Of a DNA stretch of 57,099 nucleotides, positions 44,422 to 53,566 are shown piece after piece. A program made the translations under genes and the position numbers. Origin of the DNA: Pirellulales bacterium (GTDB lineage: Bacteria > Planctomycetota > Planctomycetia > Pirellulales > JAIMBC01); the NCBI GenBank assembly GCA_023511675.1, contig JAIMBC010000002.1:1-57099 (forward strand). The letters run 5' to 3'. The stretch's first letter is position 1, and every line of letters starts with the position of its first letter. The notes below the pieces were generated by a model. It had not been told where the DNA came from, did not search any database, and worked only from the letters and a program-made list of their open reading frames with translations.

Positions 44422-44787
44422 CTACGATTTGACCTCGATGGGCAACTCGTCGATCTTGGCCGCCAGGATGAAGTCGTTCTCTGAAAGCCCACCGATGGCG
44501 TGGGTCCAAATCTCGATCCAGACCCGGCGGTAGCCTTCCAGGTGCAAATCGGGATGGTGTCCCTCCTCCTCGGCGAGCCGGGCCACGCGGTTGAAGAAAT
44601 CGATCGCCGCCATGAAGTTCTTGGCAACCCAGTCCTTGCGGATGCGCTGCCCGCCGGCGGTCAATCGCCACCCCGTTAGTCGAGCGAGTTGCTGTTCTGC
44701 TTCTTGCGGCGTGCAGGGAGGCACTCCCCCCTCGCAGGGCAGGCACTTCTTGGCGCGAAGCTGTTCCACGGTTTGCGTTTCCATCAT
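44422..44787 (-). CDS. 4a-hydroxytetrahydrobiopterin (pterin-4a-carbinolamine) dehydratase
   Basis: 121 aa with GWRL, KNFMAAIDFFNRVARLAEEEGHHPDLHLEGYRRVWIEIWTHAIGGLSENDF. The HHPD...TH signature is present. Confidence 0.9.
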   Translation of the reverse strand: MMETQTVEQLRAKKCLPCEGGVPPCTPQEAEQQLARLTGWRLTAGGQRIRKDWVAKNFMAAIDFFNRVARLAEEEGHHPDLHLEGYRRVWIEIWTHAIGGLSENDFILAAKIDELPIEVKS

Positions 44788-45764
44788 ACCTTCCCCGCTT
44801 GCCGCTGCCGGGAGGACGGCTTCGCGCCCCTGGCAGCATCTTGCTTGGTAGTGTCCTGCTTGGCGGCGTCTTGGTTGCCAGGATCTTCCGCCGCTGCATC
44901 CTTGCCGCTGGCACCTCCCTGGTCCGCCTTGTTGGCCTCGGGCGCCGGCGGCTTGTCCTGCTCGCCACCCTGCGACGCCTCGGCCTCGCCCTCCTTCTGC
45001 TTGCCTTGCCTGCCTCGATCCTTGGACTTGGGCGACTTATCCTGATCCCCACCCTCAGCCTTCTCTGCCGACCTGTCCTTCTTGGCCGGACGGGATTTCT
45101 TGGTCTTGCCAGTAAGCGGCTGCTCCGGATCCAGCTCGATCACGACCCTTTGGGCCAGGACCTGCCCCGCCTGTTCTCCCTGCGGGGGAGCGAACAGGTA
45201 GCCCAGTTCTACCGCCAGCGTGTCGTCCTTGCGGGCCAAACGGTAATCGCTGACGTCGATTTCCACCTCCGCCTCCGGATCCAGCTTCGCTTTCACGGCG
45301 CCATCCGGCGTGGCGACCGTAATCTGGCCGCGGCGAGCACTGCGGAGTTGGCCCACCACGACGTACGTCTGCGGCCCTCGCTTCTTCGGCTCCTCGCCGA
45401 TTGCGACCTGCGCCTGGAGGCCGGGCCGCACCACCTCAGACTGCTCGACGATCGACAGCCGCTTGACCGGCTCCTCCGCCACGCCCTTCTCGTTCAGCTC
45501 GGCGGTGAAGCGCACCAGCATGCCCGGCGTCAGGTAGCTCACATCCGCACGCCCCACTACCTGCACCTGATACCCGCGCTGAACGTCGAAGGCCACCAGG
45601 TACGCATGCCCTGCCGCATCCACGATCTTCGCCCACCCGTCGCCCAGATCCTGGATTTTGCCCTGGCCCGTGTACCGCGGCGGCTCTTGCTGCTGCGCCG
45701 CTGCCTCGAGGCACAAACAGAGCGTGGCCAGCCATACCGCCTGTAAACCATGACGAAGCTTCAT
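44784..45764 (-). CDS. Secreted hypothetical protein with a Lys/Asp/Glu/Gln-rich low-complexity C-terminal tail
   Basis: Starts at MKLRHGLQAVWLATLCLCLEAAAQ (ATG 45764 in track ORF 44784..45980). There is a globular region of about 200 aa, then KKSRPAKKDRSAEKAEGGDQDKSPKSKDRGRQGKQKEGE... Its stop overlaps the PCD gene start (ATGA). Confidence 0.6.
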   Translation of the reverse strand: MKLRHGLQAVWLATLCLCLEAAAQQQEPPRYTGQGKIQDLGDGWAKIVDAAGHAYLVAFDVQRGYQVQVVGRADVSYLTPGMLVRFTAELNEKGVAEEPVKRLSIVEQSEVVRPGLQAQVAIGEEPKKRGPQTYVVVGQLRSARRGQITVATPDGAVKAKLDPEAEVEIDVSDYRLARKDDTLAVELGYLFAPPQGEQAGQVLAQRVVIELDPEQPLTGKTKKSRPAKKDRSAEKAEGGDQDKSPKSKDRGRQGKQKEGEAEASQGGEQDKPPAPEANKADQGGASGKDAAAEDPGNQDAAKQDTTKQDAARGAKPSSRQRQAGKV

Positions 45765-45873
45765 CAGACCACCTGCAATGCGGGCCGGATTCCAGGAGCG
45801 GAGCTGCATGAGCGTGCTGCTCTCCACGGCTCCGCCCCACAGCCTATCACGCGGCGGGCCTGTTCGCCAGCGA

Positions 45874-48279
45874 TCACTCTTCCAGAATCTTCCACAGGCT
45901 GCCGTGCTTGTCGCTCCACAACACCGTGGACGGCAGGTCCCACTCCGCACTGGCCTGCCGGATCCTGGGGTGGGAGACAAAGTCGGTATTGTGCGTCAAC
46001 AGAATCCACTCCGCCGCGCTCACACCACCTACAGGGCCCTCCTGCATGCGTCCCAGCGGTGCGTCATCCGAGTCGATGCGGACCACATGCAGGTTCAATT
46101 CTTCTGCCAACGCCCGCGCCACGCGCGACAAATCGAGATACCTGTTCGAAATGTGCAGCGCCAGGATGCCCCGAGGCTGCAAGTGTTTAAGATACACGTC
46201 GCGCACGCACTCCAGCGTCAGCAGGTGCATGGGAATGGAGTCGCTGCTGAAGGCATCTACGGCGATCACGTCGTACTGGCGCGGGCCGGTGGTGGCCAAC
46301 TCGCGTTCCATTTGCACGCGGGCATCACCCAGCACCACTTGCACATCGGCCCCCCGTTGGCGCGCGTCTGTGATGTAGCTGAAGTACTTTTCTGCCACGC
46401 GGCGTACCTCGGGGTTGATCTCGTAGAAGCAGAACAGGTCTCCCCGGCCGGCATAGGCGGCGATGGTGCCTGTGCCCAGACCGACGATGCCCACGCGCAG
46501 CGGGCCGCGCGGGTCGCCGTCGCTGAGCGGCGGAGAGGGTGTGAGGTCGATGGCCAGCCCCACACCGGTGTTGTAGCCATAATAGGTGCTCGGCTCGTAG
46601 CGCCACGGCTCATGTAGATACTGAGTACCGTGCAGGATCCGGCCGTTGTAGAGGTAGCGTTCCTGTTCCGGTCCCGACTCATCTTGGGTGACGCGCAGCA
46701 GGCCGAAGAAGTTGCGTGAGCGGAACAGAGCGGTTGTGTCTCCTGCCTTGACGTGCCCTACCACCACTACCGCCAGCGCGGTGAAGGCCACAATCAGGGC
46801 GGACCAGACGGCAGCGGCCGAGGTCACCGCTGCAACCAGAGCCTGCATGCGGCGGGCCTCGCCGATGTAACTTTCCAGCCAGCTTGCCAGGACGGTGGGC
46901 CGCAACAGGGAGCGGGCATCTCGGCTGTAAGCCAGCAATACCAGGCCGCAACATGCCAGCAAGGCGAGGGGAAACTCCGAGTAACGGAGGAACACCAAGG
47001 GCGCGACGACAGCCACCAGCACCCCGCCCAGCGCGCCGCCGCTGGCAATGGTCAGATAGAACGTCGTCAGGTAACGGGGGTGCGGTTTGGAGCGCGCCAG
47101 CTCTCCGTGGCAGGCCATGGCACAGGCAAATGCCGCCAGCACATACGTGCCAATCTCCATGGTAATGGTGACATCGAAGCTGATTGGCTGACTGCCCTTG
47201 ACGAACCGTAAAGCGGGGATTTCGACGGTCGATCCCGCCTCGTAGAAGAGCACCGCGGCGCCCAGCGCCGCTGCCACCATCAGCAGCAGGCAAAACACGG
47301 GCCTCACGTACCAGTGCTCGTTGTCGAAGCAAATAATGAAGGACACCAGGTAGAGGGCCAACGGTAGTACCCACAGAAACGGCACCACCGCAATCTCCTG
47401 ACACATGAGATTGGTAGCGGCCAGCAGCATGGCGCTGGGGCCGGTTGCCAGGCCCAGCCAGAGCAACACGTCGGCCCAGCTCGGCCGAGGAGCAGCAGCC
47501 GCCTCGCTCGGATCCGCCGTCGGCCGGGGCAGAGACGGCGCCGCCACACCGCCCTGGCCCACAGCAAGGCGGATAGCACACCAACCGCAGGCCATGGCAA
47601 ACAGCACATACCCTGCCGACCAGAGGCGCGCCTGCACGGGCAAAGCCAAAGCCGGCTCCACCACAAAGGGATAGCTCACCAACGCCAACAGCGAGCCAAA
47701 GTTCGAGAGTGCATAGAGGCGATAGGGAGACTTGCCCGGCTCCGTACGCACAAACCAGGCCTGCACCAGCGGCCCGGTGGTGGAGAGCAACAGGTAGGGT
47801 ACCCCCACCGTCGCCGCCAACAGCAGCAGAATGTGCAGGGTGGGCGACTCGTCTCCACGCGGCCGCCAGTGGCTGGCCGGCTCGACGGGCAACAGCATCA
47901 GAGAAAGCAGCAACAGCACCAGATGCACTACCGCCTGAAGCCGTGGCGACAGCCAGGTGTTGCTCGCATGCGCATAAGCGTAGCCCGCCAGCAACAGGGC
48001 CTGGAAAAAGAGCATGCAGGTCGTCCACACTGCCGGCGTGCCGCCAAACCAGGGCAGAATGTACTTGCCTAGCAGCGGCTGTACCTGGAACAGCAACAAT
48101 GCGCTCAGAAAGATGGTGATGGCGTGGCGCAAAGCAGTCTCGCTAGGGACTGGGGGGCCGCACAGGGCGGGGGAGCAACTCAGAAAAAACGCTCTGCGCG
48201 ATTGTATCACGCAGATGATCGCATGCCAGCAGAGAGAGGTGCGGCCTGAGTTGGAGATGCGGCCTGAGACGAGGTGCAA
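45874..48279 (-). CDS. Polytopic membrane protein fused to a spermidine-synthase-like (class I SAM/aminopropyl transferase fold) domain
   Basis: 801-aa ORF. The N-terminal region of about 480 aa is hydrophobic with many helices. The C-terminal domain has IVGLGTGTIAAY, YEINPEV, YDVIAVDAFSSDSIPMHLLT and GILALHISN. The start codon is uncertain. Confidence 0.8.
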   Translation of the reverse strand: MHLVSGRISNSGRTSLCWHAIICVIQSRRAFFLSCSPALCGPPVPSETALRHAITIFLSALLLFQVQPLLGKYILPWFGGTPAVWTTCMLFFQALLLAGYAYAHASNTWLSPRLQAVVHLVLLLLSLMLLPVEPASHWRPRGDESPTLHILLLLAATVGVPYLLLSTTGPLVQAWFVRTEPGKSPYRLYALSNFGSLLALVSYPFVVEPALALPVQARLWSAGYVLFAMACGWCAIRLAVGQGGVAAPSLPRPTADPSEAAAAPRPSWADVLLWLGLATGPSAMLLAATNLMCQEIAVVPFLWVLPLALYLVSFIICFDNEHWYVRPVFCLLLMVAAALGAAVLFYEAGSTVEIPALRFVKGSQPISFDVTITMEIGTYVLAAFACAMACHGELARSKPHPRYLTTFYLTIASGGALGGVLVAVVAPLVFLRYSEFPLALLACCGLVLLAYSRDARSLLRPTVLASWLESYIGEARRMQALVAAVTSAAAVWSALIVAFTALAVVVVGHVKAGDTTALFRSRNFFGLLRVTQDESGPEQERYLYNGRILHGTQYLHEPWRYEPSTYYGYNTGVGLAIDLTPSPPLSDGDPRGPLRVGIVGLGTGTIAAYAGRGDLFCFYEINPEVRRVAEKYFSYITDARQRGADVQVVLGDARVQMERELATTGPRQYDVIAVDAFSSDSIPMHLLTLECVRDVYLKHLQPRGILALHISNRYLDLSRVARALAEELNLHVVRIDSDDAPLGRMQEGPVGGVSAAEWILLTHNTDFVSHPRIRQASAEWDLPSTVLWSDKHGSLWKILEE

Positions 48280-48457
48280 CCCGATGTGATGAGCTGACGC
48301 CGTGCCGGGCAGATACCGCCTTCCACTCGCCCTGAGCAGGAGGATGGTGGTTCACGCAGCCGCTGCGGGCAGGGGCATGCCAGGTCACTGCGGGAATGCA
48401 CCGCAGGGCAAGGTGCGGCCGCGGCGGCTCCCCTCCCCTCGCCTGGGGTGGCAGCCT

Positions 48458-48466
48458 TGTTAGAAT
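48458..48466 (+). promoter_or_regulatory. Candidate extended -10 element TGTTAGAAT
   Basis: TG at 48458-59 and TAGAAT at 48461..48466, 55 nt upstream of the ATG at 48521 in a divergent intergenic region. This is pattern match only. Confidence 0.2.
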
Positions 48467-48520
48467 GCGGGCCTGGGCACCGGCTCGGACTGCCTTTGCT
48501 CCCCCTGGAGAACGCACCAG

Positions 48521-49660
48521 ATGAAGACTGCAAAGATGTTGGGCTCGGCTCGGTTCGTGATCGCCTGGGGGCTTTGCCTGCTGGTGGTGCCCGCTCGGCC
48601 GGCCGTGTCGCAGGCGGAGGGCGGGGAAGGCTGGGTCCGCGTGACGGAGACAGAAGAACGCATCCTGATCGAGACCGATCGGCTCGAAGCCGCCATCCCC
48701 AAGCGCAACCCCAAGCACTGGATGACGGGGATCGAAAAGGGCTCCTTCCTGGACAAGGCCACGGGCTTTCGAGAGGTGGGAGACGGGCTGATGGTCGTGG
48801 ACTGGCTGATGGAGGCCGGCAGCGACGAGGCCTACGCCGAAGAGGTGATCGCGCCCGACGGCAACGGCGTGGGGCGGTATACCTGGTACGAGAACGAGAC
48901 GGACCCAGGCCGCCGCCATTATGCCTTGATGGCGCACGGCAGCAGCCATCGCAAGCGGATGGTAGAAGGGCCGCAGCTCTGCCACCGCATGAAGCCGGTG
49001 GAACCGGAGGTGATTCGCGGGCGGGATTTTGCCGCGGTGCGGACGACGTATTGCTTCGAGTACGCCGCGCCGGGACGCAAGCCAGGTTCGCGCTGGACGC
49101 AACTCGTGGTCTTCCCCGCGGGCAAGCGGTTCTTCTTGCTGATGGATCGAGTGGAGTGCGTGAACGACTCTGCGGAGATGTTCTTGCGGAACGACACGCC
49201 CGGCTGTGTGCGACACAAGGGGGGCGATACATTTAGCGAGATCTACCTGAGCTACCTCAGCGGACCAAGAGGCGTGCACATCCCAGCGAGCGAGTTCTCG
49301 ACCCCCTTTCCCCCTGATCTCAAGTTCGGTTATCGCCGCGATACGCATCGCACGCCGGAGCACTTCATTCGTGCCTACCACCTGCGCGATCCGAACACAG
49401 GTGCCGACGGACCCTGGCTGGCCGGGCTGACGCTCGATCCCTCGGTGGTCTACGAGGCCTGGTGCAGCCAGCGACCGGGGGACATCATCGTGATGATTCT
49501 GGAGATCCACGGCCGGCCCGTGAAGGCGGGAGACACCTTCAGTGCGGCCCACATTGTGGGGTATTTCGACAGCATCGAGGAGATGCACGCCCTCTACGAC
49601 CGCTACCGCGGCCACACCGCCCTCGAGGCGGACGAAACCGGCTGGCGGCTCGTGAAATAA
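48521..49660 (+). CDS. Secreted hypothetical protein (379 aa), function unknown
   Basis: Signal peptide is MKTAKMLGSARFVIAWGLCLLVVPARPAVSQA. Composition is balanced and globular-looking. I recognised no family. Confidence 0.65.
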   Translation: MKTAKMLGSARFVIAWGLCLLVVPARPAVSQAEGGEGWVRVTETEERILIETDRLEAAIPKRNPKHWMTGIEKGSFLDKATGFREVGDGLMVVDWLMEAGSDEAYAEEVIAPDGNGVGRYTWYENETDPGRRHYALMAHGSSHRKRMVEGPQLCHRMKPVEPEVIRGRDFAAVRTTYCFEYAAPGRKPGSRWTQLVVFPAGKRFFLLMDRVECVNDSAEMFLRNDTPGCVRHKGGDTFSEIYLSYLSGPRGVHIPASEFSTPFPPDLKFGYRRDTHRTPEHFIRAYHLRDPNTGADGPWLAGLTLDPSVVYEAWCSQRPGDIIVMILEIHGRPVKAGDTFSAAHIVGYFDSIEEMHALYDRYRGHTALEADETGWRLVK

Positions 49661-49778
49661 ACGTGAGAGATTTCGCCGCATCGCCGGCAGAACTCCGGTG
49701 TGCCCAGCGTACGCACCCGCCGGGCGTGCGACATACGCATCCGCCCGGCACCGAGCGTGCCAAGCTGCGGTGCGCCCG

Positions 49779-49827
49779 GCCCCGGCACCAGGCAGCACGT
49801 CTTGTTGCACCACGACGGTGCCGGGGC
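49779..49827. terminator. 11-bp perfect inverted repeat (GCCCCGGCACC ... GGTGCCGGGGC) between convergent genes
   Basis: The arms are at 49779..49789 and 49817..49827, with a 27-nt loop. It lies between the stops of the 48521..49660 (+) and 50032..50499 (-) genes. Confidence 0.3.
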
Positions 49828-50031
49828 GGACGCACGCTTGCATCGGCTTGCAGCCGCTCTCACAGGTAACGCTGCCGGGCCCGACGTTGCCTGGCTGCCA
49901 GGAGGGCTGGCACTCTCCTCTCTGGCTGCCCGAGCCGATCGCGCCGCGCTCCACGTGTAGGCCATCGCCCGCATGGCCACGGCGGGTGGACCCGGCCGCT
50001 CTCGCAACCTGGGAGGAAGGCAGGCGTGGCG

Positions 50032-50499
50032 TTAGCCGCGAACGCGTGGCCTGCCCAGCCATCGCAACGATGCAGGGCCAAGCGGCTGGGGACGCCGTAG
50101 CGGCCCGGCGCTGCCGCGTTGTGCCACCGCCTTCGCCAACGGCCGGCTCCTCTCGGGCTCGCCGAGCGTGTTCGCCCCTGCAGCGGCCCGCGCGCCGTCT
50201 GCCGCACGGCTGAGCGGCTCAGAGCGGCCTGGCAGGTCGCTGCGTGCGGCGCCGTGGGCAGCAGGCAGCGACTTCTCCGCCTGCAGCGACGAAGCACGCG
50301 GCGGTGCCGCTGGCACCTGCGCCGGGGCAGGCACCTCTGGCGCGCTTCCTGAAGACACAAGCTCCCCGCGCATCACACGCACGTTCCCTGGTGCCGAGAT
50401 GCCCACCTGCACTCGCCCCCCCCGCACCGAAAGGATCGTGACGGTAATCGCCTCGCCAATCTGAATCTGCTGCTGCTGCTTGCGCGTAAGCACTAACAT
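50032..50499 (-). CDS. csrA: Carbon storage regulator CsrA homologue with a C-terminal extension of about 100 aa
   Basis: ATG at 50499. MLVLTRKQQQQIQIGEAITVTILSVRGGRVQVGISAPGNVRVMRGEL aligns by eye with E. coli CsrA [47 protein letters not shown]. The frame stays open to the stop at 50032, giving 155 aa. It is embedded in the spurious longer track ORF 50032..52053. Confidence 0.8.
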   Translation of the reverse strand: MLVLTRKQQQQIQIGEAITVTILSVRGGRVQVGISAPGNVRVMRGELVSSGSAPEVPAPAQVPAAPPRASSLQAEKSLPAAHGAARSDLPGRSEPLSRAADGARAAAGANTLGEPERSRPLAKAVAQRGSAGPLRRPQPLGPASLRWLGRPRVRG

Positions 50500-50948
50500 G
50501 GCGAACTGCCTCCTCACACTGTGCCGAACGGCATCTGGCCGCCACCGTGGCAGCCTGCACGAACGTGCCCGGAATGTCCCAACCGCACGTGCCATGCCAA
50601 ACTCCGCGCCGGGTCCGCCTTTGCGTCGCAAATCATTTGCGCACCGAGGGTTCTGATAGATGGCAGGCTGAGAATGCCCGGCCTGTAGTGTACAGATGCA
50701 TAGAAGATGCTTCAAAGCGTTACAAAGTTTATGACCCGCCTCTCTGCACGGCTGGCGCACGGCAACGTGGGAGGCAATGCGTGCGGCCGTGCCGGCGGGC
50801 TTGTGTAGGGTCGGGTTGGGCCAGAGAGGCCGCGCATCTTCGAGAGGGCCGCCAGCCGGCCAGTAGGATCCAGGCCGCCCTGCAAGAGGCAGCGGAGGAG
50901 CGCTGCAACGTGCCAGCGTACCAGGGCGTGCCGGGCGGAAATCACGCC

Positions 50949-50977
50949 TTGACACAGTGCGAGCGATTGGGAAGAAT
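50949..50977 (+). promoter_or_regulatory. Candidate sigma70-type promoter (TTGACA - 17 nt - AAGAAT) upstream of murE
   Basis: TTGACA at 50949..50954 and AAGAAT at 50972..50977, about 175 nt upstream of the murE ATG at 51151. This is pattern match only. Confidence 0.25.
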
Positions 50978-51150
50978 CCGCCGCACAACGCAGCCATGGC
51001 TGGGAGGCCTCGAGGCCCGCCGCCAGTGGCTGCTAAGGTTGAGCCAGATTCCAAAGCCATGCCGGTTGTGGCGGGGCGAGGAGGCCCCCGGCCGGCGTGC
51101 AGATGAGCGTCCATCTTCGGATGGCCAAGGCGGCAAGGAGGCCCAGGGCC

Positions 51151-52647
51151 ATGCAGGTGTCCGCGCAGCAGGGCTGCGTCTCGCTCCGCGAGTTGTTGCC
51201 GGAGGCCGAGATTCTCGGCGCCGACGACATCCGCGTTGTGCGGGCCACGCAAGACTCGCGCTGGTGCCAGCAAGGCGACCTGTTCGTGGCGCTGCGCGGC
51301 AGCCGACAGGACGGCCACGCCTTTGTCCACGAGGCCGCACGCCGTGGTGCGGCCGCGGTGCTGCTCGAACGTCCCGTGGCCGGTTGCCATCTGCCGGCCT
51401 GCTACGTACCCGACTCGCGCCAGGCTTGGGCACGGCTGTGCCTCGCGCTGGCAGGCCATCCTGAGCAGCGGCTGAAGCTTGTCGGCATCACCGGCACCAA
51501 CGGCAAGAGCACCACCGCATGGCTGGCGGCTGCGGTGCTGCAAGCTGGCGGCATGCACACGGGGCTGCTGGGCACCCTGGGTTATTACGACGGCTGCCAG
51601 ATGGAGCCTGCACACTGGACTACTCCGCCGCCGGACGTGCTGGCACCCTGGCTTGCGCGAATGGTTTCCGCCGGCTGCACGCATGCCGTGATGGAGGTCT
51701 CCAGCCATGCTCTGCATCAACAGCGCGTCGCAGGGCTGGAGTTCGACATCGCCTGTCTGACGAACATCCGCCATGATCATCTCGACTATCATTTCACGCC
51801 CCAGCGCTACCGGGCGGCCAAGCGCCGCTTGTTTGAACAGCTTGCCCCCGAGGGTGTGGCAATCATCAATCGAGACGATCCCGTGGCGGCGGAACTTGCC
51901 GATTCGCTGGACGGGCCATCGATCACCGTGAGCATCGACGGGCCGGGCGAGATCACCGCCACCATCGTCGAACAATGCGCCAGCGAGCAGACCTTCCTGC
52001 TCTCGCAGGAGCATGAGACCATACCTGTCCGCACGCGCCTGATTGGAGAACACAATGTCTCCAACTGCCTGCTGGCCGCCGCCGTGGGACTAGCCTATGG
52101 CCTGGAGCTGCCCGTCGTCGCGCGGGGACTGGAGGCGGTCGAGTCCGTACCCGGACGCCTGGAACGCATCGAATGCGGACAGCCGTTTGGAGTCTTCGTC
52201 GATTATGCGCACACGCCTGATGCCCTCGCCGCCGTGCTGGATACGCTCCGCCGCTTCACAGCGGGACGGCTGATCTGCGTGTTCGGCGCGGGGGGCGAAC
52301 GAGATCAGGCGAAGCGCCCCCACATGGGACGCGCCGTGGAACTGCGGGCAGACCTGGCCATCCTCACCACAGACAACCCTCGCCGCGAGGATCCCGAGCG
52401 GATTGCCAGGCAGGTGCTCAGCGGCTTCCGTGACCCCAACGGTGTGAGATGGATCGCCGATCGGGCCGGGGCGATTGCCTATGCACTGGCAGAGGCCAGC
52501 GCCGGCGACTGTGTCCTGATTGCCGGCAAGGGACATGAAACGTGGCAAGAAATCGGCTCGCAGCGTATCCCGTTTGAAGATCGAGAGGTGGCACGCAAGT
52601 TTCTTTGGTCTCGATGCACCCCATGTCAGCAACAGGCGGCAGCATGA
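51151..52647 (+). CDS. murE: UDP-N-acetylmuramoyl-L-alanyl-D-glutamate--2,6-diaminopimelate ligase
   Basis: GITGTNGKSTT P-loop, EVSSHAL, TNIRHDHLDYH, DYAHTPDAL, and the DAP-specific DNPR motif (TTDNPRREDP). The start is taken at ATG 51151 (MQVSAQQ); the track ORF begins at 51097. Confidence 0.9.
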   Translation: MQVSAQQGCVSLRELLPEAEILGADDIRVVRATQDSRWCQQGDLFVALRGSRQDGHAFVHEAARRGAAAVLLERPVAGCHLPACYVPDSRQAWARLCLALAGHPEQRLKLVGITGTNGKSTTAWLAAAVLQAGGMHTGLLGTLGYYDGCQMEPAHWTTPPPDVLAPWLARMVSAGCTHAVMEVSSHALHQQRVAGLEFDIACLTNIRHDHLDYHFTPQRYRAAKRRLFEQLAPEGVAIINRDDPVAAELADSLDGPSITVSIDGPGEITATIVEQCASEQTFLLSQEHETIPVRTRLIGEHNVSNCLLAAAVGLAYGLELPVVARGLEAVESVPGRLERIECGQPFGVFVDYAHTPDALAAVLDTLRRFTAGRLICVFGAGGERDQAKRPHMGRAVELRADLAILTTDNPRREDPERIARQVLSGFRDPNGVRWIADRAGAIAYALAEASAGDCVLIAGKGHETWQEIGSQRIPFEDREVARKFLWSRCTPCQQQAAA

Positions 52648-53360
52648 AACTCCCCATGCACAATGAGCAGCGGCTGGTGGCGGCCGTGGCGGGCACGGCG
52701 GGCACCGCCCATGCACGAGGTGCGCTAGAGGCCGTACTGTCCCAGGCGGCAGCAAGCGGCATGGCACCGGCCCATTGGAGCACGCTGGAAATCCAGCCCG
52801 GCCTGTGCAAGACCTGGCGTGGCGAACCGGCGCAGCTCCTGGCCGTGACCAGTTGGCCAGCCGGCGGACCGTTGCATGCTGCGGGCCGTAAGCTGCGCGC
52901 CGTTTGCCGGTTGCTGGCGGAGCAGCTCCCCGCCGATGGCCTGCTCGTCCTGAACGGAGACGATCCAGAATTGGCGCGGGCAAGTCTCCGTACGTCCGCA
53001 GCCATTGTGCACGTGGGGCAGCAAGCCCGCTGTGAGATCGCACCGCGCAAAGTGCGCTGGCACGCAGGCAGGCTGCTATTTGAGCTGGCGGGGCAGCAAT
53101 TCTGCGTACCGGCACCCGGAACAGAGGCGTTGGCTGGCGTGCTGGCCGCCGTGGGGGTTGGGTGGCGTCTGGGATTGAGCTGGGCAGAAATGGCTCGTGC
53201 CCTGGGAGGTGTCGAGCCGCCCCCGAGACGTTGCCAGGCCCTTCCGATCAAGCTGAAGAGAGGCATTCGGCGCCAGGGCAGGCAAACGGCCGTGGCGGGA
53301 CAGATTCTTCGCCTCTGGGGCGATCTCTGGGCAGGTGCAGGGCTGCAAAGGGCGGCCTAG
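52644..53360 (+). CDS. Degenerate, truncated MurF-like protein (238 aa), a possible gene remnant
   Basis: ATG overlaps the murE stop (ATGA at 52644..52647). LVAAVAGTAGTAHARGALEAVL sits where Mur ligases carry G-x-x-GKT/S, and no Lys is present. LLVLNGDDPEL resembles the NADD motif. GTEALAGVLAAVGVGWRLGL sits where G-x-HN-x-x-NALAA occurs. No N-terminal or C-terminal Mur ligase domain is present. Confidence 0.5.
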   Translation: MKLPMHNEQRLVAAVAGTAGTAHARGALEAVLSQAAASGMAPAHWSTLEIQPGLCKTWRGEPAQLLAVTSWPAGGPLHAAGRKLRAVCRLLAEQLPADGLLVLNGDDPELARASLRTSAAIVHVGQQARCEIAPRKVRWHAGRLLFELAGQQFCVPAPGTEALAGVLAAVGVGWRLGLSWAEMARALGGVEPPPRRCQALPIKLKRGIRRQGRQTAVAGQILRLWGDLWAGAGLQRAA

Positions 53361-53566
53361 GCCGCGGGGCGTTCATCGATCCATCTGTATGCCACGAGGA
53401 GGTGTACCAACGAACCATCCTTGCAAGCTCCGCCGTCAGTGTTTCGGTTTGCGGGAACCGAGAACACTACCCTCCCTCCTGGGTTGGAGCACTGAGCCTG
53501 CCGGGCGCAGCGGTTTCTGGGTCGACCGCTCCGGTGGGTGCTTCGCGGTGGAGCTTGGTGACTGAG

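Noticed and set aside
50500-52053. Upstream part of the 673-aa track ORF 50032..52053 (-)
   Set aside because: Only the last 155 codons (from ATG 50499) are CsrA-like. The upstream part is antisense to murE and has junk composition.
52589-52603. Second sigma54-like element TGGCAC-N5-TTTC near the end of murE
   Set aside because: The -12 element is TTTC instead of TTGC, so the invariant GC is lost, and it lies inside the murE coding sequence. A similar near-match at about 51650 (TGGCACCCTGGCTTGC) has the wrong spacing.
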